DNA of 64,000 nt from Bugula neritina. Lineage: Eukaryota; Animalia; Bryozoa. A model generated the notes under the pieces. That model was not told where the DNA came from. It ran no database searches and saw only the letters and a program-made list of their open reading frames with translations. Both the position numbers and the translations under genes were made by a program. Positions within the stretch are counted from its first letter, which is position 1. Every line of letters starts with the position of its first letter. Shown here piece after piece: positions 11,652 to 24,542 of the stretch. The DNA lies in NCBI GenBank assembly GCA_964035545.1, contig OZ037765.1:32735504-32799503 (forward strand), read 5' to 3'.

Positions 11652-14600
11652 TCACTTCGCTCTGGCTATGTTAATATCTGATAGTCTTTTCATGAGGGAA
11701 CAAATCAAAGAAGCCTAAAATAAAGACTTAAACTTGTAATACAAACTGCTACCTGATGGAGAGGAACAGCAAGTCTAACGGAACAAGAAAAAAGATTAAA
11801 AACAGTATTCTGTGTGAACACCTAATAAGGATGAAGGCTATCCAGCTGTACACAATAATAGTAGGTTGGTACTCGAGCTAAGTTATAATATACATAACAA
11901 GTGGCTGCGTAAAGAAAAGAGTCGTCACTGAGCGAGCAACCCTTTAGAATCGAATGTAATTCAAAGAAAGACTTGCCAAAATAAAATGGTAATTAGTAAA
12001 AAAAATTAAATAATCCTTTTAAATGTGCAGTTTAACCATGTTTACGCTGTACTGTAATATGCAGTATACACAAGAATTATATAGTTGACACATGAGTCAT
12101 GCACTTGACATATGAGTCATGCACTTGACATATGAGTCCTGCCCTTGACATATGAGTCATGCACTTGACACATGAGTCATGCACTTGACACATGAGTCAT
12201 GCACTTGACACATGAGTCCTGCCCTTGACATATGAGTCATGCACTTGACATATGACAATAAAACACAATATACAATGACAAACATAATCTACAATAAAAT
12301 AAACATATAGCATGTCTACCTGCTTTGTTCTAAACAGCAACAATCTCCCGTTAGACTTAATCTTTACTTCAACTGCAGATTCTTCTTTCTTCTGAACCCA
12401 CTCTATCTGATCAAACTTGAAGCTGTGCTGCATCTGTTTCGTGTCTCTCAATATCGCGTGAAGGCCAAGGTCGTTGATACCAATTATCATGGCTGTGCTC
12501 TTGTTGTTCTACAAAACAGTAAAATGAGTATCGTCACATATTACTCTATATCAGTGATGGGCCAAGTATTAAAATTTATATAATACCTTTAGCTCATATC
12601 GACTCTTTAAAACCAGAGTGAGGCCAATGAGATGTTGTCCACATTAATAAGCAGAATAATGATGTCCCCACAGTAAAGGGAAGGTGAAGGTCAAAAGCGC
12701 CATTGACGTCACTTTACCTTTAACCCTTTGCTTAAAACATAGCCTAGAGTCAGCCCACAGATGTTGAGTAGAGATGGGGGGGTGTATATGACAGCCTACC
12801 TTGCCGATCTGTAGAGCATCAAAGAACGCTGAGCCGTACACGGTGAGGTTCCAGCAGATGAGCAGGAAGTTGTAGTGCATGACCTGCTCCTGCTGGACGT
12901 GTGTGCCGTCTGCAAACACGTCTGCGCTGATCTTCTTGTACTGATTGAATATCTTGTGAACCCAACTGGTCTTGTATCTCAGCTGAGTGAATGGTACGAT
13001 GGCTTGCAGGTTCACGTCGCTAAAGTATACACCACATGAACCTTACATAAGTTATTATCGTTTTTTGGAGTCGTCTTTCTAACAACTAAACTCACAGAAA
13101 AGTCATTAAACAACTGCATTCAATGCTGAAAGTTACCAGGGAAACAATGAATAACTTTTACTGATAAATAATACCTTTAAACCAGAAGGCTTTATTTCAG
13201 ATAGAGTTACTATTACTGTGTTACTATGACAACGTGTTCCCAAGCAATACTAGGAGAGTCAGGTAGATTAGTACATACTTAGAAAGGTGTTGTTTGGCTC
13301 TGCTGGGTTCAAACTCGCCAAGTTTCAGCACCATAAGCATGGCAGCTAGTCTCAGAGCATCTACCTCGTCACACGGGTAGTACGCGTTGATGTAGTTGTG
13401 GTACGCCTCCAAGAATAGCAAGCGGATGGCATTCGGGTTCTTGAGCTAAAACAATTCAAACTTTCTTCAAAAATTATAGATTTTAAAATCTTGACTAAAT
13501 TTACACAAGGAAGCAGCTAATAGTTAATAATATATCAGAGAGAATGTTTTGAGCAATGGCTTAACAAACACAAGGTCAGTAGTTTGAATCCCAGTAAAGG
13601 CCATTGGTAATGTTAGGAAGGTCATAATTGCTCTTTTGCTAGGATAGAAAACCAGTCATAATTGCTCCTGTGCCCTATCTGAATAAGTCTTTAGCCTGCT
13701 TAAAAACCCTTTTCATCGGGGGTTCTCACAGGGATGGCGACTATAAACTTATGTAAGTTACTCTTGACTAAACGTAGACACTAGGATAGTTCACAGGCAT
13801 GCTAGAGGTATGCAGTGGCCCCGTATAGAGCGAACAGAGGAAATATGGAAACAGTAGGTATGGCTAGATCTTTAAGTGCTGTTTCAGCCCTACAGATGTT
13901 GGAAGGCATATAATCTAGAGAAGCAGAAGGCAGACATACAGTGTGCAGCTCGTGATTTACTCCAAGCCTCACATCCCTTCTCCAAACTAGTCTGGGAACT
14001 TCAGTGGTCGGGTCTTTACAGTCGGTGAGGGCCATCACCTGACTGCTCCAATCTCTGAGCTGCTGCATTGGTAAGTGCTCTCTCTTCAACTGCAGTTCTG
14101 TAATGAGTAAATGAAAATGCCTTCTTTACCTTCAAGAAGACACGGCATTCTAATGCAGCCAATAGAAAGCTCATATTCACAAATATCTAATCAACAAATA
14201 GATGGTTCCACAATGTAGAATTATTCAACATTTTAAAGTGAAAGAGAGAGAAAAGCCAAATAATGTCTATTAAACAGCAGCATGAATAATCATATAGACA
14301 TGTAGGAAGTGTCTGCAAGAAGAGACGACTCACGTAAGCTCTTGCTGCATATCCAGATGGTGAAGAAATGTTCATACTGTTTGGGTAGATTGAGTTGCTG
14401 TAAGTAATATGTATGTATATTTAGCATCAGATAACAATCATATCTAGCATCAAATAACAATCATATCTAGTATTATATGACCATTTGGACTATAATATAA
14501 CAGTTCTTATTACAAAACGATATTCACCATCATATAAAAACTATCTTATATAACCATTATATTATCGTTTCTTATCACAAGCTATCAGAGCAGATAGAAA

Positions 14601-17600
14601 GTTTACAAAGAACATCATTTTTTTAAATAAATGCGATATAAGATAATATATAGTTAATAGATATAGAGTTAATAGATATACAGTTAATAGATATAGAGTT
14701 AATACTACAAGGAAGCTGTACCTTCATCATCTGCTGGTGAAGCTGAATAACTGTGGTGCTGGTGTTGGAGACGAGGTTTAGAGTCTTATAGGAGTTATCA
14801 TTGTCCATAAGGTAGACGTGTATGATTGGATACTAGAAATATAACAGATCATGTGATTGGATAATCTTGATAAGCAACAGAACTGATTGGATAATGTAAG
14901 AGTAGATTCCATTGGTCATTCTAATTACAATAGACTATACATGATCTTTTTTCAATCACAGCTGATTTAAGTAGGAGTTAGATTTAAATATGAATTAAAA
15001 GCGATAGTCTACATTTATCCACCAACTGATCATTTCTTGTATGTTATCTCACTTGTTGCTTACGTAAACTGATAGCAACTTACGGGCTTGTCCATGGCTG
15101 CTTTCAGGATTTCCTTACACTTCACAAACTTAGGCTGAGTTGAATGTTCACACAGAGATAGGGCTACCTGCTTCTTGCTATCTAGAGCATTCTATAAAAG
15201 GAGACAACTCTGATAAAATAATACACCAACTTATCAATTATTTAAAATGATGACAATGATATCAGCTGCTTGCTACCTTAGTACTGTATTAGCACAAAAT
15301 TTCAAATAGGAATACTAAAAAAGAACTTAAGTATTTCACTTAGCTCAACACTGGTGCACCTCTATTGACTTAGAAAATATACTAACTGGTACACCTCTAT
15401 CAGCTCAACAGATATACTAACTCTATCAGCTCACAAAGTACATAGACTGGTACACCTCTACTCACTCACAGAACACACTAACTGGCACATCTCTACTCAC
15501 TCACAGAACACACTAACTGGCACACCTCTACTCACTCACAGAACACACTAACTGGCACACCTCTACTCACTCACAGAACACACTAACTGGCACACCTCTA
15601 CTCACCACGTCTATGGTGTCTAGACTCAGTAAATACTCCACAACATATCTCTGGCCGTTCAGAGCTGCGTGATGCAACGGAGTCCAGCAGTCCACATCTG
15701 TGACAACGTTTGGGGAGCAGCCGCCAGTAGTAATGAGCACTTTACACGCCTCTACTCTGCCAAACCTGTTGGATGGTATATTATGGCTGTGTATTCTTAC
15801 AGCATTACCTCCTGACTGCTAACTTAACTCTCATTCATATCTGCTGTCAACACATACTTCTAGAGAGGAAGTACCAGAGTAGAAAAACACGACACACAAA
15901 TTCATTTCAATAGAAACAGACTTTCTTATCACTCTTTGAGTGACTCCTCAAAATATACCAGAGTAGGTGAAGAGGCCCGAGATAAACAAGATATCTAGTT
16001 AGTATGTTGGCATGGAAGTGTTATATATAAAATGTATTGAGGTAGAATTGAATGCTTTTTAAACTCAACCGGCCAATTAACATGGAGCATTGGAGCATTA
16101 CACACAGTAAACCTTGGTCATGTGATCAATATCTTATACGGCAATTTGTGTGCTTACAATGCTTTCGCATTCATTTTGCTGAGCTAAACCGAGATTACTT
16201 TTCTAGCTTATAACCTATCATGAAGCAAGTGAAGCTAGTCTTTTACTGGACAAAAACTACAGCCAAAAATAAAAGACAACTGAAATTAGAATAACCAATA
16301 TACATTATTATAATCCAACAAGACATATATGACAAGTAAGCTAATCAACATTGAGCAAGGTGAGTATAAACTGACCAGGCTGCGTAGTGTATGGGAAGCC
16401 ATGAGTATGGGTCTCGTTGACTAGCTGAGTATCCTAACTTTATGTGAGTGGTTAGTTGGCGGGCGTCTCCTTCGTATGCCAACTTATGTAGTGGGTACTC
16501 ATCAGCTAGCAGTCTGCATACAACACAACGTGAATAGGAGATTAAGTGGAGTTACTAACTGAACTGACGGAGTGATGGCCAAATTTACAGCTGAGCTTTA
16601 TTAAAACTTCACTACTACTGTAGTGTAAAGGAAACAGTGGAAAGAATGCAAAAAAAATTCAAAATGAACGTTTGCAATAGATGAGTCCAATATGACATAG
16701 AGTTAATAGTTATTAGACTAGTAATTAATAAATTATACTAACTAATCACCAGTCACTAGGAGTTTACTAATAACTAAGAAAAATACTAATAACTAAAAAT
16801 ACTAATAAATACAAACCTGTAATAAATTAATAAGTAGTAACTAATAACCAATAGCTAAAAGCCAAAAACTAATAGCTAGTAATAGTGATTAGTAACTAAC
16901 AACTATTACATAAGATATAGTGACTAATAACTAATGACCAAGAACTAGTTATTAGTATCTAACAACTAAGGGCTGCTAACTAACTAGTAACTGCCAAGTG
17001 CTCATGAAGACGGGAAGGGGGGGAGACAACTCACCCTGGTTTACTCGCCATACAAGCAGCTGCAAGACGGATCTTAGTGATGTCTGGTTTACCGTAGCCC
17101 CAGTAACTGTTGACAGAGTACGCGTCTACCTGCAGAGGTGAAGTGAGAATGAGAGTTATCAGCCCTATGAGAAACTATTACGTAATATTGTATAGCTGAG
17201 CAGCCAAAACCTACTTACTCTGTGTTTGTACTGGAGTCCTGACCCAAAGAGTGGATTGATCACAACTTTGTCACATTTCTCTATGGCCATCATTTTAGTG
17301 AATGCTTCATTGGCAGTGCATCTGAATACAGATATACGCATAAGTATAGAATACATTTATATAAAGTATAGAATACATTTATATAAAGTATAGAATACAT
17401 TTATATAAAGTATAGAATACATTTATATAAAGTATAGACTACATTTATATAAAGTATAGAATACATTTATATAAAGTATATAATACATTTATATAAAGTA
17501 TATAATAAGTTATTAGCTCAGTGTAGAAACTGAGCAATCCTGGTGTCAGAGTAAATGCTGTGTCATTTTATACACTAAGAAATGCTTTCAAATCTGAAAT

Positions 17601-19667
17601 ACTATACATTAACAGCAAAAAATGACAAAATATGCCAAGTAGAGTATTTACTTAATAAAAATATTAGAACAGGTACTTGTACATTAACAATAATATTGAT
17701 AAGAAGACAACTTCATGGCAAAAAATTGTAATTCAGAATAATTTTTTCCATATGTTTTTATAATGTTGCCACCACTTACATTTTTGCAATGCTTGCTTTT
17801 TTATAACGCAAAAAATGAGTTCCAGACTAAAGCTAATATAAATAATCAAAAAACTGCTAGATCTTTCAAGAGATGATAATTCTCATTAACAAACCCTATA
17901 GGTCCTCCTATTCATACTTCAAATTCCATATACTTTTATTGACAGTTGAAATAAAATTGGCAGGTTTGCTTCAGCCTACAGCCAACTCAACAGACCGGCT
18001 ATGAGAAATGCAACAGCCAGTTTATAGAAGAATGCATAACCATAGCCAGTTTAGTCCTTACCTTTCCGCAAAGTCTTCTGGGAAGGTGTGATCTACATCC
18101 TTAAACACCTTGATGAGAGGTTTATTGCGTGGAATGTAACAGGGGTTATCTACAGACATGACTAGTCTCTCCTCACACGCCTTCCGGAGAAGAGCTTGTA
18201 TGAAGTCCGGCTTGTGCTGATTCTCTGACAGCCAGCTGAAACCCACAGAACCTTAGAGGTCATTGCTCATTCACCAGATATGCTTAGAGCTCAATGCAGT
18301 ACTCACCAAACATTTTAGAGGTTAATGCTGCCTTCACCTAACGAATAAAAACTCGGAGGCTATGATTTTAATTTGATTATTTATGCAGTATTGGGTACTG
18401 CCACAGATTAAGTTTAGTTTTTTGTATGTGATAAGTTGCATTAGTTGCCCATTTCCTTTACTTGAGAAAATTCAGCGAAAGACAGAAACTATTTTACCCA
18501 GTTTAGGCTAATACCATTTTATTCTTTTGAAAACTAGGCATGGGGTATGATTTCTAAACCAGCTAGTAAATTTATTTCTTAGCTGATGCGAATGCCAACA
18601 ACAATTACCGCCTCTTATAACTTTCTTCGCCTACACTCAATTGTTAAAATTAACAAAAAAACTAAAATGCAAACTGAATAAAACTTTAATCATATGTGAC
18701 AGACATTAAATGTTATAAATAACTTAGAAAGGATGCCATGCCCAACATTTGTTAATATTGCAAAGACATACCATTGTAGCCTAGTTAGCATAATTCTAGT
18801 AGGACGGGTGAACACAGTCTGGCCAGCTTTCACAGACTCAAACATGTGATTAAGGTCGTAGAACCCAGGCAATGTTGCTATCTGATCTACTACATGCTGA
18901 TTCAGCTTGTCTACAAATTCATTGAAACACAAAAATAATTTGATTGGTCACAGTCATAGCTATAGTTGCATTTAAAATCATAGTGAGAGTTACAGTTGAG
19001 GTTGTATTACAGTCAGAGTGAGAGTTACTAGATTATAATAAATTTACCCAAATATGGCTAAACAAAAACCTGTTAAAATTAACTGAAAAGTCTAAAGACT
19101 GCCTCAAATAAGATAAAAGCAAAAAACCCTGGATCATATGAACAAGAGACTTAGTAGTTTACAGAAAGAGTTATTTATAGCAACAGATGATGCAGTATTG
19201 ACAGTAGAGAGATAATTATATATAGAGTTTTACCTGCCGAATCAACAATCAGACAGTAGAGAGCAGCTCTGGACACTTCCTTCCTGTTGGTTATTGGCTC
19301 ACCATCGTTGGGAGGAACATAGACAGAGCGTAGAGCTACAAGAAATATCATTACGTCTTAGTGTATTTGCAAAATAATATCAAAACAACGAGAATGGTGA
19401 ATTATTGGAAGGAACTCGTGCCCTGTACTCACCCTGTAGCCCACCTCGATCGGCTCCTGTTAGGAAAAATAGAAAATCAACGACTTTGACCCTAGGGTCT
19501 TCCTGGTAAGGTACGGACACTTGTGGCAGGCCTTTGAGTGGCCTGGATTCGCTGTGAGAGATCTCAAGAAGTAGAATGTCATAGAAATTAGCTTGGAACT
19601 CATTTTTGGGAGGCTTGTGAAACGGTTTGGGTCGAATCACAGCCAGGTATATGTCCACCCCTTCCAT
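11652..19667 (-). CDS. KRIT1: Krev interaction trapped protein 1 (CCM1): Nudix-like N-terminus, NPxY/F motifs, ankyrin repeats, FERM domain
   Basis: 16 phase-consistent exons in transcript order: 19433-19667, 19234-19335, 18772-18910, 18062-18235, 17219-17321, 17035-17129, 16376-16513, 15606-15765, 15084-15191, 14722-14832, 14334-14397, 13940-14097, 13279-13445, 12800-13019, 12320-12508, 11652-11714 (TGA). Motifs: IYLAVIRPK...YDILL, DNPCY, VINPLFG, ankyrin YPLHKLAYEGD...WLPIHYAAW, FERM IWICSKSLQLQLK...RRDVRL, CWNLTVYGSAFF, FRTKQA. Confidence 0.93.
12085..12255. repeat. 20-bp minisatellite (CTTGACAYATGAGTCATGCA), ~8.5 copies, last KRIT1 intron
   Basis: Direct tandem array; six units contain ATGAGTCAT. 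Confidence 0.95.
13545..13750 (+). mobile_element. tRNA-derived SINE copy (degenerate)
   Basis: B-box-like agtttgaatccc, core ggccattggtaatgttaggaagg and tail ataattgctcc...tctgaataagtc...ctcacagggatggcgactataaact shared with the copy at 22645-22837. Confidence 0.65.
14648..14705. repeat. 18-bp tandem repeat (AGTTAATAGATATA-based), ~3 copies
   Basis: Direct tandem array next to the KRIT1 donor at 14721. Confidence 0.75.
15340..15605. repeat. 35-bp minisatellite whose unit contains the KRIT1 exon 8 splice donor
   Basis: Unit ctactcactcacagaacacactaactggcacacct: ~4.5 clean copies at 15445-15605 and decayed copies further into the intron. Confidence 0.9.
17342..17505. repeat. 22-bp minisatellite (AAGTATAGAATACATTTATATA), ~7.5 copies
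   Basis: Direct tandem array ~20 bp from the KRIT1 acceptor at 17322. Confidence 0.95.
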
Positions 19668-20249
19668 GCTGGCTGTATAGACATTTCATTCAAGTCCTAA
19701 GGATAAACTGAAACACCTGAAAAAGTGAGGCAATATTGCTTAATGAAATATCTTGGTTGTTTTTCATTCATAAACTGATTTTTAATTCTTTTTAGAAAAA
19801 AATGATTACTAATTAGACTTAAGACAAACAATAAATAGTGTGATCACCGACAGCTCATTCAAATTTAACATATAATTTACTTTTAGTCTAGACTCCTTAG
19901 TTAATCTATTATCTAAACAGCTTTACTTTTAGACTTGCAAACTAATACTTAGTAATAGCAATTAGGTTGCTTGCTTAAAAGTTAGTAAATCAATCCAGCA
20001 TTACAAGATTGTCAAGTTTTATACCCAGTGGTTCCATTTGGCTTTACTCTTACAGTTACTCTAACCCTAAAGTCTAAATGAGTAAATCTTCAAGTTTATT
20101 TTACAGTTAATGTTATTACTCTTAACAGTAACTTACAGTTACAGTTCGCATAACTAAAACTAAAAGTAACACTAATTCACTAATTGACTTTAAAAGTAAC
20201 TAAGGCGGTCTAAGCAATTACAACTATTAGTACAAGCATAACCATAGTC

Positions 20250-20950
20250 AAAATCATAAAAATTATATTCACTTACTTTTAGTGTATATGACTAGATCAA
20301 TCTCAATCTGAATCTCAATCTGGGACTGGTTTTACTTCTACTTCTACAGTTCTAGCTTTATGATGTTTTTTTAAAAAACTTGCTTACGGATAGGCGATAA
20401 GTGATACGATCACGATTGCAGTCACAGTCCAAAACTTTAAAACTAGCTTAAGTTAAAATTATACTAATGTTTACATTTAAAACCCTCGCAAGAATTATAG
20501 TCATACTTGCTATTATATCTCATTATGACTATACTTTCAGTTTTCGCTTTCTTCGCTCCTTCACATTGACTGTAAATTCGAAAGGAAATTCATTAGTAAG
20601 CCCCACCCACAGACACCAAGGGCGAGGTCTATCTTAAACAGAAAGAGTTATCGTCTCACAGCTATCTAAATCGCTAAAGTATAAGTGCTGTTGAACTTAA
20701 ATCCTGCTATATTCAGTGTGGTATATTAAATATACCACACTGGCTATATTCTCTAAAAGAAGTTATAAATTTGGTTTATGATTTCTCACCGCATCCAATT
20801 TTAATTTTTCACGAAACTTCAAAAATGCCAAGAGCCAAGTCCAACCCTAGTAAAATATTAATATAATATAATTACAATTTAAATTAACAGAGACATAGCA
20901 AAAATTGTAAGTAAGTTTAATTACTATGCAATAAAATAATTGTTATGTAA
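20250..20950. promoter_or_regulatory. Putative bidirectional promoter of KRIT1 and TTI2
   Basis: Head-to-head gene arrangement; donor-like sites for non-coding first exons near 20275 (minus) and 20907 (plus); central 29-bp palindrome. Confidence 0.45.
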
Positions 20951-21641
20951 GTATAACTACCAACATTCAATAATAATCGTTGTTGACTAAGTGTTATCTA
21001 ATAACTAATAAGTAATAAGCATAATGAAAATTAGTAAAAGTTAAAGTTAAACTTAAAGTAAAAGTTTAAGTATTTAATTTTAAAGTTAAACTGAACTAAA
21101 ACTACACAAACACATTACTACAAAACTTAAAGTTGAACTGAAAAAGCTAAAAACTAAAAGTACTCATATACTTATAGTGAAGCAGAATTGATTTTAATAC
21201 TTTGTGAACTAAAAATTTAACTGTTTGTGCATATTGATATTCTAATTCAACTTATTGAATTTAATATTATTATTAAAATAAATGTATTATTATATTATGT
21301 TTTTGTTTCAGCTCATCATTTTGGCTAAGCCTAAAGACTCGGTTCAGAATTTTTCAGAGTTCAACTTCAAAGATTATTTGTGTTGAATAGACATGTACTT
21401 GCAGCTTCACTTTCAGCCAGGAGGCAGGGCTATGTTATTGACAGTGAAACAAATTTACTAGTCACCAAATAATAACATAACTTCATGTGTTGGTGATGGC
21501 AGTATGCAAATTCAACACTGCTTTAGATTGTCGAGGCATCTGATATACCAAAGAACTTGAAACTACATATTATTATTAACATTTACATTTTATTACTTTA
21601 ATTTAAAATCCTTAACATACTGATACAGTACATTCAATGAA

Positions 21642-24060
21642 ATGCGAGGTAGAGACATTGTGAGCAGTACGTGGTATAAAATACCACAGATAGAAAGTGA
21701 AAACAGTAAATCTGTATTTCTAAAGGCGAAAACTACTCTACAAACTGCAGTCAATAACCTCAAGGTCAGCATACCTTCACATACTCAAGAAGATTTGTTA
21801 GACATCATTGTTGTTTTAGCAGTGAACCAACAACTGCAGCCTTGGAATAATGCAGATCTGGTATGTTGTTGTCAGGAGTTATTACCTCAACTATTGGCTC
21901 AGCATGACCTCGAAGCTAGCATGCCGCAAAAACTATTTGAGAAGTATTCCAAGTTATGTCTAGAGATCAATGCATTGATCAGCTCTACATTACGAAGAGA
22001 TCAATGGCAAGATCATGCTATGATGTGCTCGTTGTACACATGGTACTGCAAGGAGTTGTCTTTCCCATTAGTTAGTGAATATTTAGATATTCTGCTACCT
22101 CCCAGCTTGCATCTGGTAGACAGCTATATAGATGAGATGAAAGTGATTGGAGTCGAATGTCTGTCTCATATTATGAAGGAAAGCGGCAAAGCTGAGCTCC
22201 GATGGCACGGCAGGTCGGGCGTTATACTAGACGCCCTACTTAAACTGACTTACTCTAAACACGAACCACTACTAGTAGTTCTTCATCCAACTCTTATACA
22301 GATACTTGAAGTGCTGGATACCGACTCTAACTCAGTGCGAGTAAGTAAGTTTTTTGTCTTCTAAGCTCTGATTTAAACACCAAATTGTTTTTGTAAGAAT
22401 GCAAGTTACATGCATGGTAGTTTGTTAACACATGGTGTATGAGCTAAGATGCATGCTGTAATGAGTGAATTAGCCCAACTATATTGATATCAATCTTGAA
22501 GGATTACATACTATTCACTATCGCTCTACTTAACTTTGTTTACTTCTTGCCTTATGTATTATATATAATATATATTACATATTATACATTGTAGTTTATA
22601 TTGTATATTATATTATTATTATGTGTTGTAAAAGCTCATGCCAGTTCATAGTCGCTATCCCTGAGAGAAATGTTTTTTGCTAGCTCAAGCTAAGTACTAA
22701 GGACTTATTCAGATGGGGCAAGGAGCAATTATGACTGGGTGCTTTTCCTAACATCACCAATGGCTTTTGTCGAATTAAAACCTATGACTTCGTGCTTACT
22801 AGGCAAACGCTCTGACCTCTAGACCACGGCTGCTCCCTTATATTATGTATTATAGATAATATATATTACATTTTAGGCTACTACTATTGTGTTATTACTA
22901 TTGGGCTGCTAACATGTACTGTTTGTCATAAGCTCTGTTAGAAGTTGGTTTGTGTTCCCAGAGCTCACCTGGAGAGAATATCTACAGAAGTTTGTTGAGT
23001 GACATGTACTTAGAAGATAAACTTGCCCTCCGAAGGTCATACGCGTACTCCATGAAGTTGTATATCATGTACATGAAAGGTGACATTGTGAAGCATCTGA
23101 AAGAAACCATGAAGATTGTATTGAATTATTTAGAAGATAGTTGTGGTTCGTCAGAATTGACAAGGTGAGTTCTGACTTGCAACTAATTCTTGTCTTTTAT
23201 TCATGTAGACAAAATTCTTGGAACAAAATATTTTGAAGTTGTCTTCTTTTAAAATATATGTAACTCTGACCTTGGTAGCTATGAAAGAAATAATAACTTC
23301 GATAGTTAATTACCCGATACGTTTGGAAAATTCTGGTTTGAGGTTTTAACGCAAACAAAGCTAAAAAAATATGCCAGTTTTTTCTATAAATTTGACAAAG
23401 TGTGTAAATTCATGAATTTAGATATTTCTCTCAGTCTTGATTACAAATTAAGAGCATAAAATCAAATTTCAATTATGAGTTGTTTAACTGGGGTTTAAAC
23501 TCCTGCAGTACTTATTTGTTTTGTATTGTGAGTTTATGTCTGCCCTTCATGATTTTTTCTTATAACATGTTGCAGTGAAGTTAGTGATGAATATTTGATA
23601 ACATTGCATAATCAGCTCAGCAGTGACCTCATGTTATTACAGGGGACAATAACTCCACGCTATGTAGTTAATTTCACTCGCTGCTACTCCCTCGCCATGC
23701 ATACTTTTGAGGATAGCTGTTATACATGAGCATTTTATTGGCAGGTTGACAATGCTGGAAATACTGAGTATTCTGTTTGAAGCTGCACAGCCTCGAATAG
23801 TGAAGTATTACAGAGAGACGGTCAAGGTTCTTCTGCGGCTAGTGGTGGATACAGCAGTACTCCCCCTTGAGTCTGACACTCGTAACACTATTCTACTCAA
23901 AATTGCTTCGCTGTTGAAACATGTACATAAGAATACTAACAAATTTGTCCTCCCAACGTTAGAGGCACTAACAGGCGCCTTGCCCGAATTTCCAAACCGA
24001 GTTGAGGAAGGAAATCTATTAGTATCGGCCATCATCTTTTTAATATCAGAAATAAAATGA
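21642..24060 (+). CDS. TTI2: TELO2-interacting protein 2 (TTT complex); start codon uncertain
   Basis: Exons 21642-22340, 22962-23164, 23745-24060. LLPPSLHLVDSYIDEMKVIGVECLSHIM...AELRWHGRSGVILDAL and MYLEDKLALRRSYA resemble human TTI2 (LPASLVISDDY...KILGVHCLHHI; MEPEHRLLLRRTYA). Confidence 0.85.
22645..22837 (-). mobile_element. tRNA-derived SINE, best-preserved copy
   Basis: Minus strand reads gggagcagccgTGGTCTAGAGGtcagagcg...gcctagtaagc (A box and tRNA-like head), a degenerate B box, then core gccattggtgatgttaggaaaagcaccc. Related copies at ~480, 13545 and 26140. Confidence 0.7.
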
Positions 24061-24542
24061 AACAAAATTGTTTTCTACTCTGTGCACTGATTTCCTCATT
24101 AGTTGATCTTGCTGAAACTTATTAATGTAAATATAATAGAATAAGGAGGTGATATCTATTGTATGTTATATTCATTAGTCAACATTGCGGTGTTCAATAT
24201 ATAATATTACATTATTATAAGCAATCTAGATCCACATTAATGCGGTAAATCTACCATAATTATTGTAAATGGGTAAAATAAGAAAACAACCAGTTTTGTA
24301 AAGTTGAACATGAATAAATCATAATAATAATTTGTAAAAAAATAACTGCGATAGCCAATTGTAAAGCAATATCTAATAAAACAACAAGTTAGAATGTAGC
24401 CTGGAATATATTGTAAGATGAAGTGCCAACTCGAGTAAAATAAATTACAGTGAATTACGTTTGAACTATAAATATAAAGCTGGTTATACAGGATGTGCTC
24501 TGGCGATTGATATAAGGCTCGGTGAGGGCAATATCGGCATTC

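Noticed and set aside
22760-22837. tRNA gene
   Set aside because: B box and acceptor stem are degenerate, and the sequence continues into a dispersed repeat body, so it is a SINE head.
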